From Alphaproteobacteria bacterium (GTDB taxonomy: Bacteria > Pseudomonadota > Alphaproteobacteria > RF32 > CAG-239): 64,000 bases of DNA. The position numbers were made by a program, and so were the translations under genes. Positions within the stretch are counted from its first letter, which is position 1; each line of letters opens with the position of its first letter. The stretch is taken from the NCBI GenBank assembly GCA_045577985.1, contig JAZNJJ010000023.1, forward strand, positions 1,986 to 65,985, given 5' to 3'. This document shows positions 1 to 7,706 of the stretch, in pieces. The notes beneath the pieces were generated by a model, which ran no database searches, had not been told where the DNA came from, and saw only the letters and a list, made by a program, of their open reading frames with translations.

Positions 1-366
1 TATTAAGTGTCCATGATGTTTTATTGGTAACCATACACGAATATCTGAAAAAATATCTATTTGACGTAAAAAATTTGCTCCTTCAACACTATGATCAAAA
101 TCACGTCTTCCATTAAAATTTTCTATGATATTTGCGAATCGATAAACATCATGTAATAGAATCGTGGATTTAACCATTTCTATATACTCTTTTGGTTTAT
201 TTTTTAACCACTCAATACGCCTAACCAGATAATTCCCCGCACCCATTACCTGCATAGAATGACGATACTTTTCTTGAGCATAGTGAGTGAAATGTTTATT
301 ACCTTTTACATGTTGTAAACATCTTTTGTATTCAGTTTCTAAAAGTCTATATGACGTTGTTAACAT
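1..366 (-). CDS. HD-domain phosphohydrolase. Only the N-terminal 122 codons are present because the gene runs off the left edge.
   Basis: Manual minus-strand translation from the ATG at 366 gives MLTTSYRLLETEYK..RHSMQVMGAG..STILLHDVYRF..DFDHSVEGANFL..IKHHGHLI, which shows the H..HD..D pattern. GGAG lies a few nt upstream of the ATG. The ORF is missing from the supplied track because it is open at the window edge. Confidence 0.6.
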   Translation of the reverse strand, partial: MLTTSYRLLETEYKRCLQHVKGNKHFTHYAQEKYRHSMQVMGAGNYLVRRIEWLKNKPKEYIEMVKSTILLHDVYRFANIIENFNGRRDFDHSVEGANFLRQIDIFSDIRVWLPIKHHGHLI

Positions 367-460
367 GGAAATCTCCTCGATTTGAAGTATTATCATATAT
401 GTTAATATATTTAATATTTTTATATTTTTTATTCACAATTAAAAATAACTCTTGCAAAAA

Positions 461-475
461 GAACAAAAATAGAAC
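461..475. promoter_or_regulatory. LexA (SOS) box of the alphaproteobacterial type, GAAC-N7-GAAC
   Basis: The sequence is gaacaaaaatagaac. It lies 96 nt upstream of the recA ATG (571) and 95 nt from the ATG of the divergent HD-domain gene (366). Confidence 0.6.
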
Positions 476-570
476 AATATACATTTCAGCGGATAATTTC
501 ATTGTTGTGTTGTGTTTTTAATTTAAATGCCCGATAAATGAATAGAATAACATTTTTTAAGGAATATATT

Positions 571-1599
571 ATGGAAAAAGATAAAGCATTAGATGCGGCT
601 CTGAGCCAAATAGAAAGAGCCTTTGGTAAAGGTTCTATTATGAGACTCGGTCAAAATACCAATATTGATATAGAGGCTGTATCAACAGGTTCATTGGGAA
701 TTGATATCGCTCTGGGTATTGGTGGTTTACCAAAAGGTAGAATTATTGAAATATACGGCCCAGAAAGTTCCGGTAAAACGACTTTGGCCTTGAGTGTTAT
801 TGCACAAGCACAAAAAACTGGCGGAACCTGTGCTTTTATTGATGCTGAACACGCTTTAGATCCATCTTATGCGAAAAAAATTGGAGTTGATGTTGAAAAC
901 TTGTTAGTATCACAGCCAGATTCAGGAGAGCAAGCTTTAGAAATTGCAGATACATTGGTTCGTTCCGGAGCTATTGATGTAATGGTTGTTGATTCTGTGG
1001 CCGCTCTTGTTCCTAAAGCTGAGTTAGAAGGTGAGATGGGTGATTCACACATGGGGTTGCAAGCTCGTTTAATGAGTCAAGCGTTACGTAAACTGACATC
1101 TACGGTTGCTCGTTCTAATACATTGATTATATTTATTAACCAAATTCGTATGAAAATTGGTGTGATGTTTGGAAACCCTGAAACGACAACCGGTGGTAAT
1201 GCATTAAAATTTTATGCTTCCGTACGTATTGATATCAGACGCATCGGTGCTATTAAAGATAAAGAAGACGTTATTGGCTCACAAACACGTGTTAAAATTG
1301 TTAAAAATAAAGTAGCTCCTCCGTTCAAGACTGTTGATTTTGATATAATGTACGGTGAAGGTATTTCAAAAGTCGGTGAACTTATCGATTTAGGTGTTAA
1401 ATCCGGTATTATTGAAAAAGCAGGTGCTTGGTTCTCTTATAATGGAGATAAAATCGGACAAGGACGTGAAAATGCCAAAAATTTCTTGAGAGAAAATCAA
1501 GCTGTTGCAGATGAAATTGAAAATAAAATTAGGGCAGAAGCCGGACATTTAACAACAGAAATGATTGGTGATGATGAAACTGATTCTATTGATGATTAA
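571..1599 (+). CDS. recA: Recombinase RecA
   Basis: [24 protein letters not shown].., Walker [10 protein letters not shown], and full-length RecA similarity. I moved the start from 538 to the ATG at 571, which has AAGGA upstream and gives a typical RecA N-terminus. Confidence 0.97.
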   Translation: MEKDKALDAALSQIERAFGKGSIMRLGQNTNIDIEAVSTGSLGIDIALGIGGLPKGRIIEIYGPESSGKTTLALSVIAQAQKTGGTCAFIDAEHALDPSYAKKIGVDVENLLVSQPDSGEQALEIADTLVRSGAIDVMVVDSVAALVPKAELEGEMGDSHMGLQARLMSQALRKLTSTVARSNTLIIFINQIRMKIGVMFGNPETTTGGNALKFYASVRIDIRRIGAIKDKEDVIGSQTRVKIVKNKVAPPFKTVDFDIMYGEGISKVGELIDLGVKSGIIEKAGAWFSYNGDKIGQGRENAKNFLRENQAVADEIENKIRAEAGHLTTEMIGDDETDSIDD

Positions 1600-1621
1600 T
1601 TAAAGTTTTTATATCTCCTTT

Positions 1622-1650
1622 AAATCCCTGTCAAATGGCGGGGATTTTTA
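1622..1650 (+). terminator. Rho-independent terminator after recA
   Basis: aaatccc..gggattt stem followed by a T run. Confidence 0.55.
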
Positions 1651-1663
1651 TTAAACAAAAATA

Positions 1664-1692
1664 TTGACAAATTTTATATTTTATACTATAAA
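1664..1692 (+). promoter_or_regulatory. Sigma70-like promoter, TTGACA-N17-TATAAA
   Basis: ttgaca at 1664-1669, a 17-nt spacer, and tataaa at 1687-1692. It precedes the small ORF at 1747. Confidence 0.45.
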
Positions 1693-1746
1693 CGAGTTCC
1701 TATAGTGATTTTTATTATATTATGTTGAACTTAAAATGCATTTCTT

Positions 1747-1896
1747 ATGGCAAGAAAAGAACAAAGAGGTGTTAAAAACCAGAAAAAACAGAAAGGCGAC
1801 TTTGTCAAACACAAGCCTATGACCCCGTATCAGCTCGAACGTGCAGAAGCCAAAAAACGCAAAAAAGGTGCCGGTACTAATAGTATTTTAGCATAA
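1747..1896 (+). CDS. Small, highly basic hypothetical protein of 49 aa. The unit could alternatively be a small RNA.
   Basis: MARKEQRGVKNQKKQKGDFVKHKPMTPYQLERAEAKKRKKGAGTNSILA. The ORF is bracketed by a near-consensus promoter and a strong terminator. There is no obvious SD. It falls below the size cutoff of the ORF track. Confidence 0.35.
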   Translation: MARKEQRGVKNQKKQKGDFVKHKPMTPYQLERAEAKKRKKGAGTNSILA

Positions 1897-1906
1897 CGAG
1901 GTTACC

Positions 1907-1943
1907 AAACAGCTCAAACTTTGAAGTTTTGAGCTGTTTTTTT
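1907..1943 (+). terminator. Rho-independent terminator
   Basis: acagctcaaa (1909-1918) pairs with tttgagctgt (1928-1937) and is followed by T7. Confidence 0.7.
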
Positions 1944-1996
1944 ATAATAGTTAAGATTATGTTCTAGCATAAGGATATACTTTGACCTTTTTTTAT

Positions 1997-2025
1997 TTGA
2001 CAAATTTTTCATTTAATGATATGTT
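1997..2025 (+). promoter_or_regulatory. Sigma70-like promoter, TTGACA-N17-TATGTT
   Basis: ttgaca at 1997-2002 and tatgtt at 2020-2025, upstream of the first ACP-like gene. It shares ttgacaaatttt with the promoter at 1664. Confidence 0.4.
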
Positions 2026-2058
2026 TTTTCTCGTATAACTTATAATTTATTTATATTT

Positions 2059-2325
2059 ATGGACAGAAACGATATTAGAAATGAGGTCATCGGTGTGATG
2101 AGATCATTGCGCTCAGAAAACAGTTTCAACTTTGAAAGTGAAAATGTTAAGGGCGTTAAAGGTGAAAAATTTTCACTAACTAGGGACTTTGGACTAGACT
2201 CCATCGACATGTGTCATCTTTGCATTGAGTGCGAAAAAAAGTTTCAAATAAATCTGCCTATTGATATTGAGCGTAACATCACTTTAGGCGAATTTGTTGA
2301 TTTGGTTGAAAAAGAGTTGTCTTGA
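2059..2325 (+). CDS. Acyl/peptidyl carrier protein-like protein (phosphopantetheine attachment site)
   Basis: 88 aa. FGLDSIDMCHLCIECEKKFQINLP matches the ACP motif (D)LGxDSLD plus helix II and a following hydrophobic I/P. Confidence 0.75.
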   Translation: MDRNDIRNEVIGVMRSLRSENSFNFESENVKGVKGEKFSLTRDFGLDSIDMCHLCIECEKKFQINLPIDIERNITLGEFVDLVEKELS

Positions 2326-2365
2326 TACAACGTCGACTATCAATATTATTTAATTTTATCTACTT

Positions 2366-2629
2366 ATGCAAAGAACTGAAATTAAAAGCACTGTATTGGA
2401 CATTATCGTGTCGCTACGCATGAACATCACTGTTTCTGATTTAATTAACACAAGTTCAGAGACAGAAAAACTCAATTTACGTGATGACTTGGGGTTAGAT
2501 TCATTTGACGCTATGGAGTTGATCATTAAATGCGAGGAGAATTTCGACATTGAATGGCCCAATGATCAGTTAGACGTTAAAACCGTTGGAGATGTCATAG
2601 ATGTTGTAGAAAACTCTGTTGGTAATTGA
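2366..2629 (+). CDS. Acyl/peptidyl carrier protein-like protein, a paralogue of the preceding gene
   Basis: 87 aa. DLGLDSFDAMELIIKCEENFDIEWP carries the ACP Ser motif. It lies 40 nt after the first ACP-like gene. Confidence 0.75.
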   Translation: MQRTEIKSTVLDIIVSLRMNITVSDLINTSSETEKLNLRDDLGLDSFDAMELIIKCEENFDIEWPNDQLDVKTVGDVIDVVENSVGN

Positions 2630-2656
2630 GTAATTCTTGATATCTTTATCCTTCTC

Positions 2657-2687
2657 AAAAGAGGCACATTATTGTGCCTCTTTTTTT
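2657..2687. terminator. Bidirectional terminator between ACP2 and the PPIase gene
   Basis: aaaagaggcac / gtgcctctttt stem with A and T runs on either side. Confidence 0.7.
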
Positions 2688-3231
2688 ATTTTACGTCAGA
2701 TAATACTTTCATTTCAATAATGGTATCAGGATTGTCAACCATACCATTGTTTGGACCACCTCTTTTTATTTTATCAACAAACTCCATTCCTGAAATTACT
2801 TGCCCCCAAACGGTGTATTGACCATCTAAGAATCCGGCATCCTTAAAGCAAATAAAAAATTGGCTATCAGCAGAATCTGGATTTGATGCTCTTGCCATTG
2901 ATACAGCACCTCTTCCATGATGTTTGTTATTAAATTCAGCTTTTAATTTTTTGCCACTACCGCCAGTTCCGTTTCCTCTTGGATCACCTGTTTGAGCCAT
3001 AAAGCCATCTATTACACGATGAAATTTTAATCCGTCATAAAATCCTGAGCGAACCAATTCTTTTATACGAGCAACGTGATTAGGTGCTACATCCGGATAC
3101 ATTTGAATAATTACATCTCCATCCTTTAATTTTAGCAACAATGAATTTTCAGCATCTTGAACTTCTGTAGCTTGTGTATTGAATGAAAATAATAATGCAC
3201 TTATAAATGATAATATAAATTTTTTCATCAA
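2686..3231 (-). CDS. Cyclophilin-type peptidyl-prolyl cis-trans isomerase, exported
   Basis: FHRVIDGFMAQTGDPRGNGTGG and FFICF..LDGQYTVWGQV are cyclophilin signatures. The N-terminal signal peptide is MMKKFILSFISALLFSFNTQA. Confidence 0.9.
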   Translation of the reverse strand: MMKKFILSFISALLFSFNTQATEVQDAENSLLLKLKDGDVIIQMYPDVAPNHVARIKELVRSGFYDGLKFHRVIDGFMAQTGDPRGNGTGGSGKKLKAEFNNKHHGRGAVSMARASNPDSADSQFFICFKDAGFLDGQYTVWGQVISGMEFVDKIKRGGPNNGMVDNPDTIIEMKVLSDVK

Positions 3232-3915
3232 TTCTCTCCTTTTAATATATTAATAGTATTTTTGATTGAGCGTATCGATATGAAGTTGAGTGCATCATCT
3301 TGTTCATAATTTCTTCTCTAACTTTATACATATCGTTATTACAACCAAACATCCTGTTTTTAGGGGCATTTCCCTGCTTGTGTCATATTAGTCTTATTGT
3401 TTATAAAGTATAATAGCTTTAGGAATCTGAAAATTCTAGTTAAATTTAATATGATTAACACCATAAAATCTGCCTGATTTTTATATAGAGGCTGAAATTA
3501 ATATAACTTATACCATGAAATTTATTAATAATTCGCTATTTCATATTTCTCGAATCATTTGTCCTACTATTCCATCTGTCAGTAGTGTCCAGATATATCA
3601 GATAAAGAATAGATATTAGTAAAGTCACTAAATTCTGATTAGCATTATTTAATCTCTTTTTAGTCAGTAAGTAGATTACCTTATAGATAACCAATAAATT
3701 GAGAGGAAAACAAGTCAATAGCAGCCCCAACCAATCTTTGAGAACAAAAGCACAAAAAACATAAAAGAAGATGCTGCTAATGATTTGGTACCAATGTATT
3801 CACCATTATCATCATACTCTTTGTATTCTTCCTCCGTCATTGGCTGTCTCATATGCTGCAAATTATTTTCACGTTGTTGTTTTAAGACGTCAATTTGTGC
3901 TTTGGCTTTAATATC

Positions 3916-3941
3916 AAAAAAAAGCTCCCTTAAAGGGAGCT
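3916..3941 (-). terminator. Terminator downstream of tRNA-Phe
   Basis: agctccct-taa-agggagct hairpin, followed on the minus strand by a T run (A7 on the plus strand at 3916-3922). Confidence 0.65.
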
Positions 3942-3951
3942 TGCTTTGAGA

Positions 3952-4027
<76 letters not shown>

Positions 4028-4042
4028 ATGGTTACGGAAAGC

Positions 4043-4071
4043 TTTATAATACAGTTTTTTTTAATTGTCTA
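4043..4071 (-). promoter_or_regulatory. Sigma70-like promoter for tRNA-Phe, TAGACA-N17-TATAAA on the minus strand
   Basis: Read on the minus strand: tagaca (4071-4066), a 17-nt spacer, and tataaa (4048-4043). The predicted transcription start is about 10 nt before the mature 5' end. Confidence 0.4.
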
Positions 4072-4129
4072 TATATTTTTTTATAAATTGTGTATTTTTT
4101 TATAAAAGCTTTTCGTAACGTGAATTCTA

Positions 4130-4318
4130 CTAGTTAAAAGGTATCTTATCTAAGGCCATCAACTTGGCGGAAATACCGCATCTGAAACTCTCTTGAATTT
4201 CCAATACCATTCTATATTCATTCGTAAAACCATTGGCATGGAAATATTTTTTCATTTTTTCTATATTATCTTCAATATTATAAATATCGTTTATATAATC
4301 GAATTGTTTTTGATTCAT
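4130..4318 (-). CDS. Hypothetical small protein of 62 aa
   Basis: MNQKQFDYINDIYNIEDN.. A strong SD (GGAGGAGG) lies 5 nt upstream of the ATG. This is the second gene of a two-gene cassette. Confidence 0.5.
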   Translation of the reverse strand: MNQKQFDYINDIYNIEDNIEKMKKYFHANGFTNEYRMVLEIQESFRCGISAKLMALDKIPFN

Positions 4319-4337
4319 GACAGCCTCCTCCTATTTT

Positions 4338-4500
4338 TTAATTTATTCTTTGAGCAGCATCTCTTGCTAACTCGTGTTGTAATATTTGTAATTTTATTAA
4401 TTCTTTATGATGATTATTCTTTAAGAAATTTTCTTCTAATACACCAAAAGCGAAATAAATTCTATCTGGTATACGACTTTTTTTAACTGAAAGATTCATC
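4338..4500 (-). CDS. Hypothetical small protein of 54 aa
   Basis: I moved the start to the internal ATG at 4500 (MNLSVKKSRIPDRIYFAFGV..), which is preceded by AGGAGAtcacg. The track ORF extends to 4556 without an SD. Confidence 0.45.
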
Positions 4501-4741
4501 GTGATCTCCTTTCTAAAATTGTTGATCCGATTGTGATAATAATTATATTTTTTCAAGATTAAAATGTGAAAAAAATATATTTTTCTGTTATAAAATAAGA
4601 ATAAGATAAATTTTCAATTATGAGTTATAATTATAGATTAGGATAAAAATATAATTGTGAGTTATAAAAATAAGTATTTGACTATTAAATATGTTTTATT
4701 AATAATGTTTACAACTAAATATAATAGAAGGAACCGTTTTT

Positions 4742-5686
4742 ATGCCTGTAAGACAAAATATACTTATTTTCAAGTTATTATCTCATTTCGTTACTGTTGT
4801 AGATTATAAACAATTAAAAGGTGCTGCCGAATTTTTGGGATTAAAGCAATCTAACTTATCCAAAGAGATGAGAGATTTAGAAGAATTGGTTGGTAAAAAA
4901 TTAATGTTTAGAACTAGTCATGGAACAGAAATTACTGCCGATGGACAAAGACTATACGGAATGGCAACAGATTGTATTGAGCGTGTTGCACTTCTTATAG
5001 ATGACTATAAATGCGGTGAAACTCAAAATAGTATTACTTTACGAGCTCCTTCCGCTACTTTACGTTCTTTTTATTATTATTTAGATGATTTTCAACAAAA
5101 GCATCCAAACATTACATGCAATTTTATTTCTGATGAAATACTTAATAACAGTATGATGAAAGATGTTGATGTGTGTATTACTTATTGTAGAGACAATTGG
5201 GTGGATACAGAAGTAATTTGTTCTGGAGACATGAAATTTGCATTAGCTACGACACAGAAATATATTGATAAATATGGACTTCCAAAAAATACAAATGATC
5301 TATATGAAAATCATCACCTACTTGTTTGTAATGAATATTATAGATTCAATCCTGATACAGCAAAGAGATATAGCAAGATGAAGCATTTGGATTGCAAGGC
5401 TTCGAATTTTGATCAACTTTTAACTTTGCTTAATGAAAAATATTTGATTACATGTATACCTAGCTATATGTTGAGATTTTCTCCTAATTTAGTACAAATA
5501 GAACTTCCTGATTGGCAATTTTCTCAACCAATAAAAATTGTCAGTCTAAAGGAAAAAATTAGGCTACCTCACGTTTTCGGAATGTGTGAGTTAGTTGCTA
5601 ATGGTTATAAAAAAGTTGCTTTATCTGGTGGATTAGATAATTTCTATATGAATCCCAAATTTGAGGTTGTAGAAATGAAGGAATAG
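4742..5686 (+). CDS. LysR-family transcriptional regulator
   Basis: N-terminal HTH LKGAAEFLGLKQSNLSKEMRDLEELVGKKLMFRTSHGTEITADGQRLY, followed by an about 200-aa substrate-binding-like domain. AAGGA RBS. Confidence 0.85.
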   Translation: MPVRQNILIFKLLSHFVTVVDYKQLKGAAEFLGLKQSNLSKEMRDLEELVGKKLMFRTSHGTEITADGQRLYGMATDCIERVALLIDDYKCGETQNSITLRAPSATLRSFYYYLDDFQQKHPNITCNFISDEILNNSMMKDVDVCITYCRDNWVDTEVICSGDMKFALATTQKYIDKYGLPKNTNDLYENHHLLVCNEYYRFNPDTAKRYSKMKHLDCKASNFDQLLTLLNEKYLITCIPSYMLRFSPNLVQIELPDWQFSQPIKIVSLKEKIRLPHVFGMCELVANGYKKVALSGGLDNFYMNPKFEVVEMKE

Positions 5687-5782
5687 TTAATTTTATCCAA
5701 AAGGATTGAACATTTTTATTGTATTTTAGCTAAAAAAATAATATAGCTAACGTTAGTGTAAAATTTTAGAAAAGGAAAAAAT

Positions 5783-6256
5783 ATGTCAAACCCTATTGAT
5801 ACAAAGATTATCAGCAGACTGGCAGAAATATTAGATAAAAATCAATTAACAGGCCTCAAATATGAAGATGAAAGCTGTAAAATTTCATTGGTTAGGGAAA
5901 TTACAGGAGGCGTTGTACCTAATTATGCTCCAGTAGCTCCAGTTCCTGCTCCTGTGTCAGTACCAGCTACAACAACTGTGGCTGATGAAGAGGTTAAAGA
6001 ACAAACAGATTATACAAATAATCCTAATGCTGTGAAATCTCCAATGGTAGGTGTTGTATACCTTTCAAGTAATCCTAATTCACCTAATTATGTTAAAGTT
6101 GGTGATATTATTACTGAAGGCGATACAGTTTGTTTGATTGAAGCTATGAAAACATTTAATCCTGTAAAAGCTCATAAAGGCGGAAAAGTTGTGAAAATTT
6201 TGGTTGAAACCGGTGATCCTATTGAATATGGCGCACCATTGGTAGTAATTGAATAA
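5783..6256 (+). CDS. accB: Acetyl-CoA carboxylase biotin carboxyl carrier protein
   Basis: P/A-rich linker and C-terminal biotinyl domain with CLIEAMKTFNPV (the AMK biotinylation motif). It is adjacent to accC. Confidence 0.93.
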   Translation: MSNPIDTKIISRLAEILDKNQLTGLKYEDESCKISLVREITGGVVPNYAPVAPVPAPVSVPATTTVADEEVKEQTDYTNNPNAVKSPMVGVVYLSSNPNSPNYVKVGDIITEGDTVCLIEAMKTFNPVKAHKGGKVVKILVETGDPIEYGAPLVVIE

Positions 6257-6270
6257 CCTTAGGATATAAT

Positions 6271-7611
6271 ATGTTTGAAAAAGTTTTGATTGCGAACCGT
6301 GGTGAAGTAGCCTTAAGAATACATCGTGCTTGTAGAGAAATGGGTATTCGTACTGTGGCTGTACACTCCGAAGCAGATGCTAATGCTATGCATGTAAGAT
6401 TAGCAGATGAAGCTGTTTGTATTGGTCCTGCTCGTTCTACTGATTCGTATTTAAATAAACCGGCAATAATCTCTGCCGCTATTATCACTGGCGCTGATGC
6501 AATTCATCCAGGTTTTGGTTTTCTATCTGAAAATGCTGATTTTGCGGAAATGGTAGAAAAACATGGAATTACTTTTATTGGTCCTACCGTTGCTCAAATG
6601 CGTTTGATGGGCGATAAAATTACAGCAAGAAAAGCAGCAAAAGAGGCTGGATTGCCAATAACAGAAGGTTCTCCTGCTTTAAATTCTATTGAAGATGCTA
6701 AACATTGGGCTAATCAGATTGGTTATCCGGTGATTATTAAAGCTAAAGATGGTGGTGGCGGAAAAGGTATGAAAATTGCCTTTAATGATTCAGAAATTGG
6801 TGAAGCATTTACTATGGCTAAAGCAGAAGCTAAAGCTTCATTTTCTAGTGATGTTGTATATATGGAAAAATATTTACAACACCCTCGTCATATCGAAATG
6901 CAAATTTTGGCCGATAAATATGGCAATGTTGTTCACTTGGGAGAACGTGATTGTTCTATTCAACGCAATAACCAAAAAGTTATTGAAGAATGCCCTTCTC
7001 CTGCATTGAATCAAAGTCAACGTCAAGAAATTGGCGAAATAGTTAGAAAAGCTATCGAGAAAATTGGCTATTGCAGTGCTGGAACTTTGGAATTTTTGTA
7101 TGAAAATGGAAAATTCTATTTCATGGAAATGAATACTCGCTTACAGGTGGAACATCCTATTACTGAAGCAATTACTGGAATTGATATTGTTAAAGAGCAA
7201 ATTCGTATAGCTAGTGGTGCTCAATTAGGATATACTCAAGAAGATATTAAATTTGAAGGACACGCTATTGAATGCAGAATTAATGCCGAAGATCCGAAAA
7301 CATTTATTCCTTGTCCGGGAAAAATAGAAGAATGGCATGCTCCAGGTGGGCTCGGCATCAGAGTTGATTCTGAGATCTATTCTGGATACTCTATTCCACC
7401 GTTTTATGATAGCATGATTGCGAAGTTAATTGTTCATGCTGGAACTAGAAATGCGTGTTTAATGCGTTTACGTAGAGCATTAGAAGAATTTGTTATTATG
7501 GGAGTTAATACAACAATTCCTTTACACCAAAATATTATTTCACAACCAGAATATTTAGACGGGCAATATGATATTCATTGGTTAGAAAATTTTATGAAAA
7601 ATGAAAAATAA
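6271..7611 (+). CDS. accC: Acetyl-CoA carboxylase biotin carboxylase subunit
   Basis: MFEKVLIANRGEVALRIHRACREMGI.., GGGGKGM, and EMNTRLQVEHPITE, with full-length similarity. Confidence 0.97.
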   Translation: MFEKVLIANRGEVALRIHRACREMGIRTVAVHSEADANAMHVRLADEAVCIGPARSTDSYLNKPAIISAAIITGADAIHPGFGFLSENADFAEMVEKHGITFIGPTVAQMRLMGDKITARKAAKEAGLPITEGSPALNSIEDAKHWANQIGYPVIIKAKDGGGGKGMKIAFNDSEIGEAFTMAKAEAKASFSSDVVYMEKYLQHPRHIEMQILADKYGNVVHLGERDCSIQRNNQKVIEECPSPALNQSQRQEIGEIVRKAIEKIGYCSAGTLEFLYENGKFYFMEMNTRLQVEHPITEAITGIDIVKEQIRIASGAQLGYTQEDIKFEGHAIECRINAEDPKTFIPCPGKIEEWHAPGGLGIRVDSEIYSGYSIPPFYDSMIAKLIVHAGTRNACLMRLRRALEEFVIMGVNTTIPLHQNIISQPEYLDGQYDIHWLENFMKNEK

Positions 7612-7622
7612 TAAATTTTAAC

Positions 7623-7653
7623 AAAAAAACTTCACGATTTGTGAAGTTTTTTT
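7623..7653. terminator. Terminator after accC, potentially bidirectional
   Basis: cttcac-gattt-gtgaag hairpin flanked by A7 and T7 runs. Confidence 0.7.
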
Positions 7654-7706
7654 GTTATCTTAAAATAATATATTTGATAATAAATTATAATATTTTACTT
7701 AAATAA

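Noticed and set aside
867-1052. Many 60-140-aa ORFs in the track lie antisense to, or out of frame within, long confident genes. Examples are 867-1052, 2356-2562, 4193-4486, 6219-6488, 6776-7009, 8084-11608 (several), 16089-17111, 17293-17547, 18094-18294, 24026-25052, 26305-26541, 28110-28541, 28860-29291, 30460-32084, 32685-32966, 33140-34202, 34439-34871, 37666-37933, 38754-39047, 40463-41333, 44103-44390, 46243-46781, 47574-47846, 48402-48665, 49031-49246, 50273-50969, 52120-52692, 53578-53967, 55044-55265, 58025-58405, 58909-59091, 59559-59771, 60519-60716, 62085-62426 and 63530-63739.
   Set aside because: Each is fully embedded in a gene with strong homology or motif support on the other strand or frame. 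They have low-complexity or hydrophobic compositions typical of AT-rich shadow frames and lack RBS and motif support.
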